Assembly: GCA_003170915.1 (NCBI GenBank)
Contig: PMYB01000053.1
Span: 23,921-87,920 of the forward strand
DNA: 64,000 nucleotides
Direction of reading: 5' to 3'
DNA from: Bryobacterales bacterium
Lineage (GTDB): Bacteria > Acidobacteriota > Terriglobia > Bryobacterales > Bryobacteraceae
A program made the translations under genes and the position numbers. Positions 48,312 through 56,748 of the stretch are shown piece after piece. The notes under the pieces were generated by a model that worked only from the letters and a program-made list of their open reading frames with translations, did no database searches and was not told the origin of the DNA. How positions within the stretch are numbered: the first letter of the stretch is position 1; each line of letters opens with the position of its first letter.

Positions 48312-49723
48312 GACGGCGCTCGTTCACCGGACCCCTGCTGTTATTGCTGATTGGCGCGCTGTTTTTGTGGAGGAACCTGCACCCGGAAGCGCCGGTTTTC
48401 GATTTGCTGGCATCGTACTGGCCGTTCGTGCTGATCGCCTGGGGGCTGCTGCGGTTGATTGAGGCCCTGATTTGGAGCAGGGAGGGATACGGCTACGGCT
48501 TCACCGGCGGGGAGGTGGTGCTGGTGGTCCTGATCTGCCTCGCCGGGTCGGGAATCTGGGAGGCGCACCAGCACGGCATCCGGTGGAACGCCTTCGGCCC
48601 GGACTGGCTCGGGGAGCAGTACGACTATCCGGTTTCGGCGCACGGCCCAGCCACGGGCATGAACCGCATCGTTTTCGACAATCCGCGCGGCAACATCAAG
48701 GTCACCGGCGGCGACACGCAAGAGGTGACGGTCAACGGCCACAAACTGATCCGCGCGTATGCCCGCGGCGATGCCGATCGCACCAACGAAAAAACGCCCG
48801 TCGAGATGGTGCCGCAGGGCGACCGCCTGCTGGTGCGCACCAGCCAGGATCGCGCGCCCGACAACCAGCGGATCTCCGACGATCTGGAAGTTACGGTCCC
48901 GCGCGGAATGGCCGTCGAAGCGCGCGGCCGCACGGGCGATTACGAGATCTCGGACATTGCCGGGGATGTCGAGCTGGCGGCCGACCGCGGCGATGTGCGG
49001 CTGGCGCGGGTGGGCGGCAACGCACGGCTCGATATGGGCCGCAGCGACGTGATCCGCGCGCTGGACGTGAAGGGCAAGATCGACGTGCAGGGCCGCGGCT
49101 CGGACATCGAGCTCGAGAACATCGCCGGCCAGGTCACCATCAACGGCGGCTACACCGGGACGCTGGAATTCAAGAACCTCGCCAAGCCCCTGCAATTCGA
49201 AGGCGCGCGCTCGACCGAGCTGAGCGTGCAGGCGGTGCCCGGACGCATCAGCATGGACATGGGCGAGTTTACGGCCAGGGACATTGTGGGACCGATGCGG
49301 CTGGTATCGCAATCGCGCGATATCAAGATCGAGCAGTTCACGCAGCCGCTCGATCTGGAGACCCAGCGAGGGGACATCGAGTTGCAGCCCGGGCGGCTGC
49401 CTCTATCCTCCATCGAGGCGCATTCGGGAACGGGCAGGATCGACCTGGTGCTGCCTGGGAAGGCCGCTTTTCAATTGCAGGCCACCGCCGAGCGCGGTGA
49501 AGCGGTCAACGATTTCGGGCCGCAAATTCAGAAGGAAGTGGCGGGCCGCACGGCCACGTTGAAGGGAAAGGTAGGCGACGGCCCCAGCATCCACCTCACC
49601 GCCAGCCGCGGCTCGGTTTCGGTGCGCAAGGAGGGGACGCTGGCCAGCGCACCCGATCCCGCCGCGCCTCCGAAGCCTCCCAAGGCGCCTAAGAACCTCA
49701 AAGAGACCGAGATCGAGATGTGA
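48308..49723 (+). CDS. Membrane-anchored DUF4097-type beta-repeat protein (LiaG-like)
   Basis: 4-nt overlap with the upstream gene. An N-terminal hairpin 'GPLLLLLIGALFLW...YWPFVLIAWGLLRL' is followed by repeated 'G-D-V/I-x-L/V' beta-strand units ('GDVELAADRGDVRLARVGGNARLDMGRSDVIRA...GSDIELENIAG'). Confidence 0.8.
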   Translation: MRRRSFTGPLLLLLIGALFLWRNLHPEAPVFDLLASYWPFVLIAWGLLRLIEALIWSREGYGYGFTGGEVVLVVLICLAGSGIWEAHQHGIRWNAFGPDWLGEQYDYPVSAHGPATGMNRIVFDNPRGNIKVTGGDTQEVTVNGHKLIRAYARGDADRTNEKTPVEMVPQGDRLLVRTSQDRAPDNQRISDDLEVTVPRGMAVEARGRTGDYEISDIAGDVELAADRGDVRLARVGGNARLDMGRSDVIRALDVKGKIDVQGRGSDIELENIAGQVTINGGYTGTLEFKNLAKPLQFEGARSTELSVQAVPGRISMDMGEFTARDIVGPMRLVSQSRDIKIEQFTQPLDLETQRGDIELQPGRLPLSSIEAHSGTGRIDLVLPGKAAFQLQATAERGEAVNDFGPQIQKEVAGRTATLKGKVGDGPSIHLTASRGSVSVRKEGTLASAPDPAAPPKPPKAPKNLKETEIEM

Positions 49724-49739
49724 TGGCAGGGGCCGGGGG

Positions 49740-49975
49740 CCGGGCGATTGGCCTTCACCAAGCTATGTACGCGATTCCGGCGCTTTCCGTGGCGCTGGCG
49801 GCGACGCTGTGGGCCGGGGCGCGCCGCTATGCTTCCACCGCCGCCCCGCAGCGCCTGAGCGGCTCTACGGCGCCTGCGTTCGTTCACTACCAGGATGTTT
49901 CGCACCGGCATCGGGGTGGTCTTCATCCTGAAAGGCCCAGCACGCCGTACTGGACGCATCGAGAACGAAGGCCAT
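49740..49975 (-). pseudogene. PIN-domain (VapC-type) toxin remnant
   Basis: An ATG overlapping the upstream stop (TGATG) opens 'MAFVLDASSTACWAFQDEDHPDA', a typical VapC N-terminus with the first acidic residue, and stops after 36 codons. 'VRNILVVNERRRR.AAQA' continues in a second frame. About 235 nt remain of the ~400 expected. Confidence 0.55.
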
Positions 49976-50151
49976 CAGTACTTGCGTCCCTCATCCCGGG
50001 CCGACAGCAGCTCCCCCACCGTGATTCTGCCTGTGCGCTTACGCAACTCGTGGATCGCGGCAAGAGCCTTGTCGACTTCCTCCTGGCGCCGGTCCACCTC
50101 AGGCATGATCCGGGAATCGCAATCCCTCTCGTCGGGTTCATCCGTGGCCAT
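49975..50151 (-). CDS. Small protein, putative VapB-type antitoxin (inferred from coupling to the PIN remnant)
   Basis: 58 aa, 'MATDEPDE...ALAAIHELRKRTGRITVGELLSARDEGRKY'. It starts 5 nt after the glycerate kinase stop, and its stop overlaps the VapC-like ATG. No DNA-binding domain is recognisable. Confidence 0.45.
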   Translation of the reverse strand: MATDEPDERDCDSRIMPEVDRRQEEVDKALAAIHELRKRTGRITVGELLSARDEGRKY

Positions 50152-50155
50152 AATC

Positions 50156-51448
50156 TCACTTCCCGGCTCCCACCAGAACGATACACACATCCATCACGTT
50201 GGTGTTGGTCGGTCCGGTGATCACCAGATCGCCCAGCGATTCGAAGTAGTGGTAGGAATCGTTGCGATTGAGATAACTGCGCGCGTCCGGCTGGCGGCCC
50301 AGCGTCTGGCCATCGGCTACCGCGCCCGCCGCGTTGGTGGGGCCGTCGGAACCATCGGTGCCCGCACAGAAGACCACCACGTTCTCCAGCCCGGCGATAT
50401 CGATGGCGGCGGCCAGCGCGAATTCCTGGGCTCTCCCGCCCAAGCCATCGCCGCGCAGTGTGACGGTGGTTTCCCCGCCCGTGATGACACACGCGGGCGG
50501 CTTCATCGGGTGCCCGGTGCGCACCATTTCGGACGCGATGGCGGCGTGCATGCGGGCGATCTCGCGGGCCTCCCCCTGGATCTCGCTCGAGAGCACCAGC
50601 GTCCGGTAACCCAGCGCACGGGCGTGGCGCGCGGCCGCGGCCAGGGCCAGGCGGCTGCTGCCCACGATGGTGTTGCGCACGCGGGCAAAGACCGGATCGT
50701 CCAGCTTGGGCGTTTCGGGGACGGCGCCGCGCGCGCCTTGTTCGAGGCGCTCCCTCACGGATGCGGGCACGCGCTCGCGGATGCCGTACCGATCCAGGAT
50801 TCCCACGGCATCGGCGAAGGTGGAGACATCCGGCGCGGTGGGTCCGGAGCCGATGACGTCGAGATTGTCGCCGATCACGTCGGAGAGCATCAGCGATTCC
50901 ACCCGGGCGGGCGCCGCCAGCCGCGCCAGTTGCCCGCCCTTGATGCGCGAGATGTGCTTTCTGACGCTGTTGATCTCGTGGATATTGGCGCCCGACGCCA
51001 GCAGCAGGCGGGTGGTGGCCTGTTTTTCCTCGAGGGTGATGCCCTCGGCCGGCGCCGGCAGCAGCGCCGACCCGCCGCCCGAGATGAGGCAGATCACCAG
51101 GTCGTCCTTCCCCGCGCCGGCCGCGATCCGCGCGATCCGTTCGGCGCCGGCCACGCCGTTAGGGTCGGGGACCGGGTGGCCGCACTCGTTCAGTTCGATG
51201 CGGCGCAGCTTGGCCGTGTGTCCATACTTTACGTTGAGCAGCCCGGCGGCGATGCGGCGGCCGAGCACACGCTCGGCGGCCTGCGCCATGGACGCCCCGG
51301 CCTTGCCCGCGCCGACGACATAGATGTCGCGAAAGCGCGAGAAATCGCGACGCTTCAGATAGCGCTCGACGGCGCCGGCGGGGTCCGCGGCCGACAACGC
51401 GGCTTGGAAAATGGTGCGTGCATGCTTGCGCAGAATTCGATTGCTCAT
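50156..51448 (-). CDS. Glycerate 2-kinase / hydroxypyruvate reductase-like (DUF4147 + MOFRL)
   Basis: 'ILRKHARTIFQAALSAADPAGAV', 'IYVVGAGKAGASMAQAAE', 'ISGGGSALL' and 'GGETTVTLRG.GLGGRAQEFALAAA' fit this family. Confidence 0.85.
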   Translation of the reverse strand: MSNRILRKHARTIFQAALSAADPAGAVERYLKRRDFSRFRDIYVVGAGKAGASMAQAAERVLGRRIAAGLLNVKYGHTAKLRRIELNECGHPVPDPNGVAGAERIARIAAGAGKDDLVICLISGGGSALLPAPAEGITLEEKQATTRLLLASGANIHEINSVRKHISRIKGGQLARLAAPARVESLMLSDVIGDNLDVIGSGPTAPDVSTFADAVGILDRYGIRERVPASVRERLEQGARGAVPETPKLDDPVFARVRNTIVGSSRLALAAAARHARALGYRTLVLSSEIQGEAREIARMHAAIASEMVRTGHPMKPPACVITGGETTVTLRGDGLGGRAQEFALAAAIDIAGLENVVVFCAGTDGSDGPTNAAGAVADGQTLGRQPDARSYLNRNDSYHYFESLGDLVITGPTNTNVMDVCIVLVGAGK

Positions 51449-51975
51449 AGCATTAGAGGATGGCTCAGAATGGCTTCGACCACACCGGCCGGATCGTCGC
51501 TTTCAATGGGAACGCGCACGTCCGCCAGGGCGTACGCCTCGCGCCGCGCATGGTACAGCGCCGCGAACTGCCGGGGATCGCGCGCCAGCGGCCGGTGCGC
51601 AGCCAGCGCCACCCGGCTCTCGACCACCTCGAAGGGGCAATCCAGCCACACCGTGACGCCGTGGCTCTCGAGCAAGTCGCGGTTCGCCTGCGCGGCAAAT
51701 GCGCCGCCGCCCAGCGCCAGCACCGCGGGGCTGCCCCGCCCGATCCGGCGGACGTGATGACGGATGATCCCGGTTTCGATGCGGCGGAATTCCGCTTCGC
51801 CGCGCGTGTCGAAGATCTCCGCGATGGCCGCTCTTTCAGCCGCTTCGATCTCCTCGTCGGTGTCGAAGAAGTTCCAGCCCAGACGGTGGGCCAGGAGGCG
51901 GCCGACGGTGGACTTGCCGGAGGCCATGAAGCCCACCACGTAAATGCCGGGCGTGCGCTTGAGCTTGAGGTTCAT
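51445..51975 (-). CDS. aroK: Shikimate kinase
   Basis: Start taken at 'MNLKLKRTPGIYVVGFMASGKSTVGRLLA' (51975). It also has 'FFDTDEEIE' and 'FRRIE'. The N-terminal extension in the ORF track is rejected. Confidence 0.9.
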   Translation of the reverse strand: MNLKLKRTPGIYVVGFMASGKSTVGRLLAHRLGWNFFDTDEEIEAAERAAIAEIFDTRGEAEFRRIETGIIRHHVRRIGRGSPAVLALGGGAFAAQANRDLLESHGVTVWLDCPFEVVESRVALAAHRPLARDPRQFAALYHARREAYALADVRVPIESDDPAGVVEAILSHPLML

Positions 51976-52763
51976 GCGGTCTCGTTCATTCCGGCCATGC
52001 GGGCTTGGACGATGGCAGGGAACAGGCGGGCGAGCGCCACCAGAATCCAGCCGGCGCGCGGGATCAGGACGGTGCGGGCATCGCGCTCCACTCCGCGGCG
52101 GATGGCCGCGGCGCATTCTCCGGCCGTGATGGCGTAGCGGCGGCTGCGCAGCACATCGGCCGGCACGCGTCCGCCGCGGACGTGCTCCTGGAAACCGGTC
52201 TTCACGTACCCGGGGCAGACCAGCATGGCGCGGACGCCATCGCGCCGGAGTTCCATCCGCAGCCCTTCGGTCAGAGCGCCTACCGCGTATTTGGACGCGC
52301 TGTACAGCGTGGACCAGGGCAGCACCATCTTGCCCCCGATCGACCCGATATTCACGATCGTGCCGCTGTGGCGCGCGCGCATGTGCGGCACCACAAGCCG
52401 CGTCATGTCGAGCAGCGCAAAGAAATTCAATTCCATCAGTCCGCGCGCCTCTTCCATGGGCATGCTCCAGGAGGGCAGGTAGGTGCCCACGCCGGCATTG
52501 TTGATGAGGATATCGATGGCGCCGAACCGTTCCAGCGTGCGCGCCACCACCCGGCGGCGGGTATCCTCGCTGGTGAGGTCGCCCGGCGTGACCAGCGCCG
52601 CCGGCGCGGCCCTCTTGAGACCTTCTTCGGAGCGGGCGGTCAGCGACAGCTTCGCGCCCACGCGCGCGAACTCCGCGGCGCAGGCGGCGCCAATTCCCTC
52701 GGACGCGCCGGTGATGAGGACGACTTTGCCGTCAATTCGCATAGGCACCACTTGAAACGTCAT
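51972..52763 (-). CDS. SDR family oxidoreductase
   Basis: 'KVVLITGASEGIGAA', 'NNAG' and 'YSASKYAV' form the classical SDR triad context. An alternative start is at 52742. Confidence 0.9.
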   Translation of the reverse strand: MTFQVVPMRIDGKVVLITGASEGIGAACAAEFARVGAKLSLTARSEEGLKRAAPAALVTPGDLTSEDTRRRVVARTLERFGAIDILINNAGVGTYLPSWSMPMEEARGLMELNFFALLDMTRLVVPHMRARHSGTIVNIGSIGGKMVLPWSTLYSASKYAVGALTEGLRMELRRDGVRAMLVCPGYVKTGFQEHVRGGRVPADVLRSRRYAITAGECAAAIRRGVERDARTVLIPRAGWILVALARLFPAIVQARMAGMNETA

Positions 52764-52772
52764 AATGTTACC

Positions 52773-53402
52773 ATGCCTGCGCGGCTCATCCCGCTGTTTC
52801 CGTTACACGTGGTGGTCTTTCCCAGAACGCGGCTGCCGCTGCACATTTTCGAAGAACGGTATAAGGAAATGATCGGGGACGCCATCCGCGACCACTCGGA
52901 ATTCGGGGTGGTTCTGGCAAAGGAAAACGGCATCGTGAGCGCCGGTTGCACGGTGATGGTGGAGAAGGTGCTCGAAACATACCCCGATGGCCGCATGGAT
53001 ATCCTGACGCGCGGCCTGAGGCGCTTCGAAATCGTGGAGCTGAGCGGGGAGAAAAATTATCTTCAGGCCGAAGTGAGTTACTTCGACGACGACGACCCCG
53101 CCCCCGCGCCCGCCGAGTTGCGCGACCAGGCGCTCTCGAATTACCGGGACCTGAGCGGGCTGGCCGCTTCCCAAGGGCGCGGCGAGCCCGACCTCGACGA
53201 CCCGCAACTCAGTTTTCAACTGGCGCAGGCGCTGCCGGACCTGGATTTTTTGCACGCGCTTCTGGCGCGCCGGTCGGAAACCAGCCGGCTCAAGGAGCTC
53301 AACCATTACCTGGCGGGGTACATTCCGCGCCAGCGCCGCATCGAGCACGTGAAGCACCTGGCTCCCACCAACGGTTTCGGCGGCGGGCCCGCGGGGCGGT
53401 AG
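52773..53402 (+). CDS. LON N-terminal substrate-binding domain protein
   Basis: Start taken at 'MPARLIPLFPLHVVVFPRTRLPLHIFEERYKEM' (52773), a typical LON_substr_bdg opening. About 209 aa. Confidence 0.85.
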   Translation: MPARLIPLFPLHVVVFPRTRLPLHIFEERYKEMIGDAIRDHSEFGVVLAKENGIVSAGCTVMVEKVLETYPDGRMDILTRGLRRFEIVELSGEKNYLQAEVSYFDDDDPAPAPAELRDQALSNYRDLSGLAASQGRGEPDLDDPQLSFQLAQALPDLDFLHALLARRSETSRLKELNHYLAGYIPRQRRIEHVKHLAPTNGFGGGPAGR

Positions 53403-53410
53403 CGCCTCCC

Positions 53411-54094
53411 ATGCGCCACTTCCTGCTTATCGACGCGGACGATACGCTATGGGAGAACAATATCTATTTCGAGCGCGCCTTCGACGAGTTCGCCGGGTTC
53501 CTGGACCATTCCTCGATGACGCCGCGCGAGGTGCGCGACGTTTTGGACCAGATCGAAGAAGCCAACAACAAGATCCACGGTTACGGCTCGGCCAACTTCG
53601 CGCGCAATCTGCGGCAGTGCTACCAGCGCTTGACTGAGCGCGAGGTGCGCGAGGAAGACCTCCGCGCCGCCATGGGGTTCGCCGAGCGAATTCTGGAATG
53701 CCCCATGGAGGTGATCGAAGGGGTCCCGGAAACCCTCGAATATCTTTCGCTGCGCCACCATCTGACGCTGTTTACCAAAGGGCACCGGGAAGAGCAAAAG
53801 CTCAAGATCGGCCGCTCGGGGCTGGGCGTATTCTTCGGCCACACCGCCATTGTCAAGGAGAAGGATGCCACGGCGTATCGCCGGCTAATGGAGGAGCGCG
53901 ACATGGACCCGGAGCGGACCTGGATGATCGGCAACAGCCCGAAATCGGACATCAACCCCGCCCTGGAGGCCGGCCTCAACGCGGTTTTCGTCCCGCACGC
54001 GCACACCTGGATTCTGGAAAAGCAGGACCTGCGGCCGGGGAAAGGCCAGCTCCTGGTGGTGGAGCAGTTCGCGGATCTGCGAAAGCACTTCTGA
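53411..54094 (+). CDS. HAD-superfamily hydrolase
   Basis: Start taken at 'MRHFLLIDADDTLWEN' (DxDxT motif I, 53411). 'LTLFTKG' is motif II-like and 'MIGNSPKSDINPA' is motif III/IV. Confidence 0.8.
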   Translation: MRHFLLIDADDTLWENNIYFERAFDEFAGFLDHSSMTPREVRDVLDQIEEANNKIHGYGSANFARNLRQCYQRLTEREVREEDLRAAMGFAERILECPMEVIEGVPETLEYLSLRHHLTLFTKGHREEQKLKIGRSGLGVFFGHTAIVKEKDATAYRRLMEERDMDPERTWMIGNSPKSDINPALEAGLNAVFVPHAHTWILEKQDLRPGKGQLLVVEQFADLRKHF

Positions 54095-54119
54095 GGCGTT
54101 TTTGTGGGGCAGGTTGGCC

Positions 54120-54530
54120 GTAGGGCAACCTGTGGGCCGAGTGGCTGACCAACTTCTCCATCGCCAAAGTGGGCATCCTGAGTTTCTACGGCATGGCCAA
54201 GAGCCGCTGGAAGATCGAGAATTGGGGGCTTCAACGACGGCAAAAACCGCTATGGCATGGAGCACATCCGCCACCACGAGGCCAATCGCACGCTCATCGT
54301 TGGGCTGTTGATCCTCTTGGCTTTAGTCATCGAACGTCTTTACCGGCTGCGTTATCTGCACTGCGGCGGCCATGGCATTCGCTGTGCCATGGACCTGTTC
54401 ACCTATCTCTCATTGAGCCTGGGGACCCGCTGCCCCGCCGGATACCGGGTGATCCCGGCGCGGTGCGGGCGGCTGGCAGCGCTCCGTCGCTGTTTGACAA
54501 CTCGACCGCTTTCCGTGGAGTGATACCCCG
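54120..54530 (+). pseudogene. C-terminal remnant of an IS4-superfamily DDE transposase, frameshifted
   Basis: 'ILSFYGMAKSRWKIENWG' continues in another frame as 'GKNRYGMEHIRHHEANRTLIVGLLILLALVIERLYRL', with the frame change at a G5 run near 54220. No upstream transposase sequence is present. Confidence 0.6.
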
Positions 54531-54640
54531 CCGAGGCCCGCCGTGGCTCAACGGCCAGCAGGAACGCTGCCTCCCTCACGATGGCAATCCGCTCCACAGC
54601 GCCGAATCCTCCTTCGCGGAACTTCCAATACTGCTGCGAT

Positions 54641-54662
54641 ACTCTCAACGTACTCTCAACGT
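54641..54662. repeat. Perfect 11-bp tandem duplication (ACTCTCAACGT x2)
   Basis: Read directly as 'ACTCTCAACGTACTCTCAACGT', between the transposase remnant and the next CDS. Confidence 0.9.
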
Positions 54663-54723
54663 GCTTGTTTTGGGAGGTGCGAGTATGATATCTTGAACCG
54701 GTATTTCACGTGAGGAGGTACTG

Positions 54724-55410
54724 GTGCAGTTGTATCGAACTCTCAAGACTGCCCTGTGGCTAGGTCTCGCCGAATGCATTCCGGCTTTCGGACAGTTCTC
54801 CCCGATTTCGACGCCGACCTCGACATACACCGGGGCGACCACGCTGATTCCAATCACGGCCGCGGATGGGACTTCGTTGACGTCGCTCACGAATGGCACA
54901 CAAACCATCACGCTTTCCGCGCCGTTTTTCGCGGAGAGCCCCCCGTCCCTCTACTGGGGCCCCTGGGGTTCGCCGCCCAACACGGAAAGCAGCACACCGC
55001 GCATCCTGGCGAATCCCACCCCGGTTACGAGCGTGACCCTGAACCTTTCGCTTCCCTCCACCACGTTCGGGTTCGAAATCCAGCCGAATATATGGGATAC
55101 CTTCACTGTCAGCGCCAACTTCTATCACGGAGCGACGCTGCTCGGCACGGTATCGCAAAGCATCAGCGGAGACGCGGGCGCGTTGCTGGCGGCCGCGTCC
55201 AGCACCACCCCGATCACCAGCGTGGTGATCACTATTCCCGCGGACGCCAACGGTTTCGCCATGGCCCAGTTCCGTTACTTCCCCCAGGCAAGCCCACCCC
55301 CCCCAGCCGTCCCCACGTTGAGCACCGCTGCCGTGGGCACCCTCGGCCTGCTGCTGGCCGGGGCCGGTGCCCTGCTGGCGAGACGATCCCGGAGCACCGC
55401 CGGGGCATAA
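54724..55410 (+). CDS. Secreted Ser/Thr/Pro-rich protein with an IPTL-CTERM-like sorting tail
   Basis: Signal 'LKTALWLGLAECIPAFG'. The C-terminus 'PPPPAVPTLSTAAVGTLGLLLAGAGALLARRSR' has a motif, a TM helix and a basic cluster, resembling the IPTL-CTERM variant of PEP-CTERM signals. Confidence 0.7.
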   Translation: MQLYRTLKTALWLGLAECIPAFGQFSPISTPTSTYTGATTLIPITAADGTSLTSLTNGTQTITLSAPFFAESPPSLYWGPWGSPPNTESSTPRILANPTPVTSVTLNLSLPSTTFGFEIQPNIWDTFTVSANFYHGATLLGTVSQSISGDAGALLAAASSTTPITSVVITIPADANGFAMAQFRYFPQASPPPPAVPTLSTAAVGTLGLLLAGAGALLARRSRSTAGA

Positions 55411-55446
55411 GCCAGGCACCGGCTCGCCCTGTGCGAACCTGATGGT

Positions 55447-55701
55447 GTGGGTGAGTACGGTTACGAACTGTCCGATCCACTATGGTTCCTTCTTCGCGTG
55501 CTGGTTTTCCTGGCGCTTATGCTGGCGCTGCGGTGGCTTGTCCTCCTCAATCCGCTGCTCGTCGGCGCTGCCGCTCGAGCGAATACCATGTCTGCAGTGG
55601 GCGTCCAACGATTGATTGCGACGCCCGCATACTGGGCTCTCAACAGGATCAACCGGACGGAGATCAGAAGGACGAAACTCGCGATCAAGTACTTTGCGTA
55701 A
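55447..55701 (+). CDS. Hypothetical small membrane protein (weak call)
   Basis: 84-aa ORF with a GTG start and one hydrophobic segment, 'LWFLLRVLVFLALMLALRWLVLL'. Third-position GC is only moderately elevated. It competes with antisense ORFs. Confidence 0.3.
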   Translation: MGEYGYELSDPLWFLLRVLVFLALMLALRWLVLLNPLLVGAAARANTMSAVGVQRLIATPAYWALNRINRTEIRRTKLAIKYFA

Positions 55702-55788
55702 TGACGCGCACCGAACCTCCGCTGAGGAAGAATCGCGGCAAGCCACAGCCCGGGACCATCCGCTGCATGCCTCCCGGGGAAGCCAGAA

Positions 55789-56748
55789 TCATCCCGACCG
55801 TGCGCGACGTTTTCGACCGTACAGCGCGATTGCCACCAGACCGCCACCGATCATAAGTAGCATGGCGGGCTCCGGAACCTCATCCAACTGCAAGGCGTCG
55901 ATCGCGAATCCAATGGGGTTGGCAAGGTTGCTAGGGTCGAAAACCGATATGTATATGCTCTTGATCCGCCCCTCGGGATCGTAAAAGCCCACATGAGGCG
56001 CGTCATTGCAGGCCACCGGCCAATTGGCATTTAGCGTCGGGCATATCCCGCCGCTCCCGTAAGCACCCGACTCAGTAAGTTGGTACGATCCGATAGGGTG
56101 GCCACTCGAGTCGAAAGCCTGCACGTCTGCGACGAACAAGGTGTTTTTGCTGGCACTGATGGACGCGATTTGGAACCATATTCCAAACGCCGGTCCACCG
56201 AGCAACGTGAGTTCCAGAGGGCCCCCGCTCGACAACTCGAGCAGGTGGTCGTTGCCCGCGGGGGACGGTGCGCTCGGCGAGGCAGAATTGAAGTGCCCCG
56301 CGAAACCCGCCAAAACGGGGGTCACGGAAGCGGCCTTGGCCCAGGTGATCCCATTAAACTCCAAAGCGAAGTCGTCCACCCGCGTCACCGAGGTAGCCGT
56401 GCCCGAGTAACTCGGAGCCAACTGTATGGAGACTTGATCACCGTCCGATGTAGCCGTCCTTGTCGGCACGGGAACCGAGTCTGACACGGCAAAACTGTTA
56501 CCCTGAGTCGCAGTGCCTAAACCGCTTTGCCCGGTTGAACTCGTCGGCGCCCCCCAGTTGAGAGAGTCATCCATCGTGGCGTTGATGAACGAATTCGTCC
56601 AGCAGCCGGTACTGCCGTTGATTGCACCGGTCGGAACGATGACTCCGGTGGCCAGACCGCTCAAGGCGCAGTTGATGACCGGAGATGCGCACAAATTTAC
56701 CACTGCCGCCAGCAGGCCGGCAAGCAGGCATACCCGCCTCACGCGCAC
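55789..56748 (-). CDS. PEP-CTERM sorting-domain protein
   Basis: Signal 'MRVRRVCLLAGLLAAVVNLCA'. The C-terminus 'LDEVPEPAMLLMIGGGLVAIALYGRKRRAR' is a canonical PEP-CTERM tail. Confidence 0.85.
   Translation of the reverse strand: MRVRRVCLLAGLLAAVVNLCASPVINCALSGLATGVIVPTGAINGSTGCWTNSFINATMDDSLNWGAPTSSTGQSGLGTATQGNSFAVSDSVPVPTRTATSDGDQVSIQLAPSYSGTATSVTRVDDFALEFNGITWAKAASVTPVLAGFAGHFNSASPSAPSPAGNDHLLELSSGGPLELTLLGGPAFGIWFQIASISASKNTLFVADVQAFDSSGHPIGSYQLTESGAYGSGGICPTLNANWPVACNDAPHVGFYDPEGRIKSIYISVFDPSNLANPIGFAIDALQLDEVPEPAMLLMIGGGLVAIALYGRKRRARSG

Noticed and set aside
49895-51757. 620-aa plus-strand ORF
   Set aside because: It is antisense to the glycerate kinase and aroK genes. Its composition is low-complexity and no family is recognisable.
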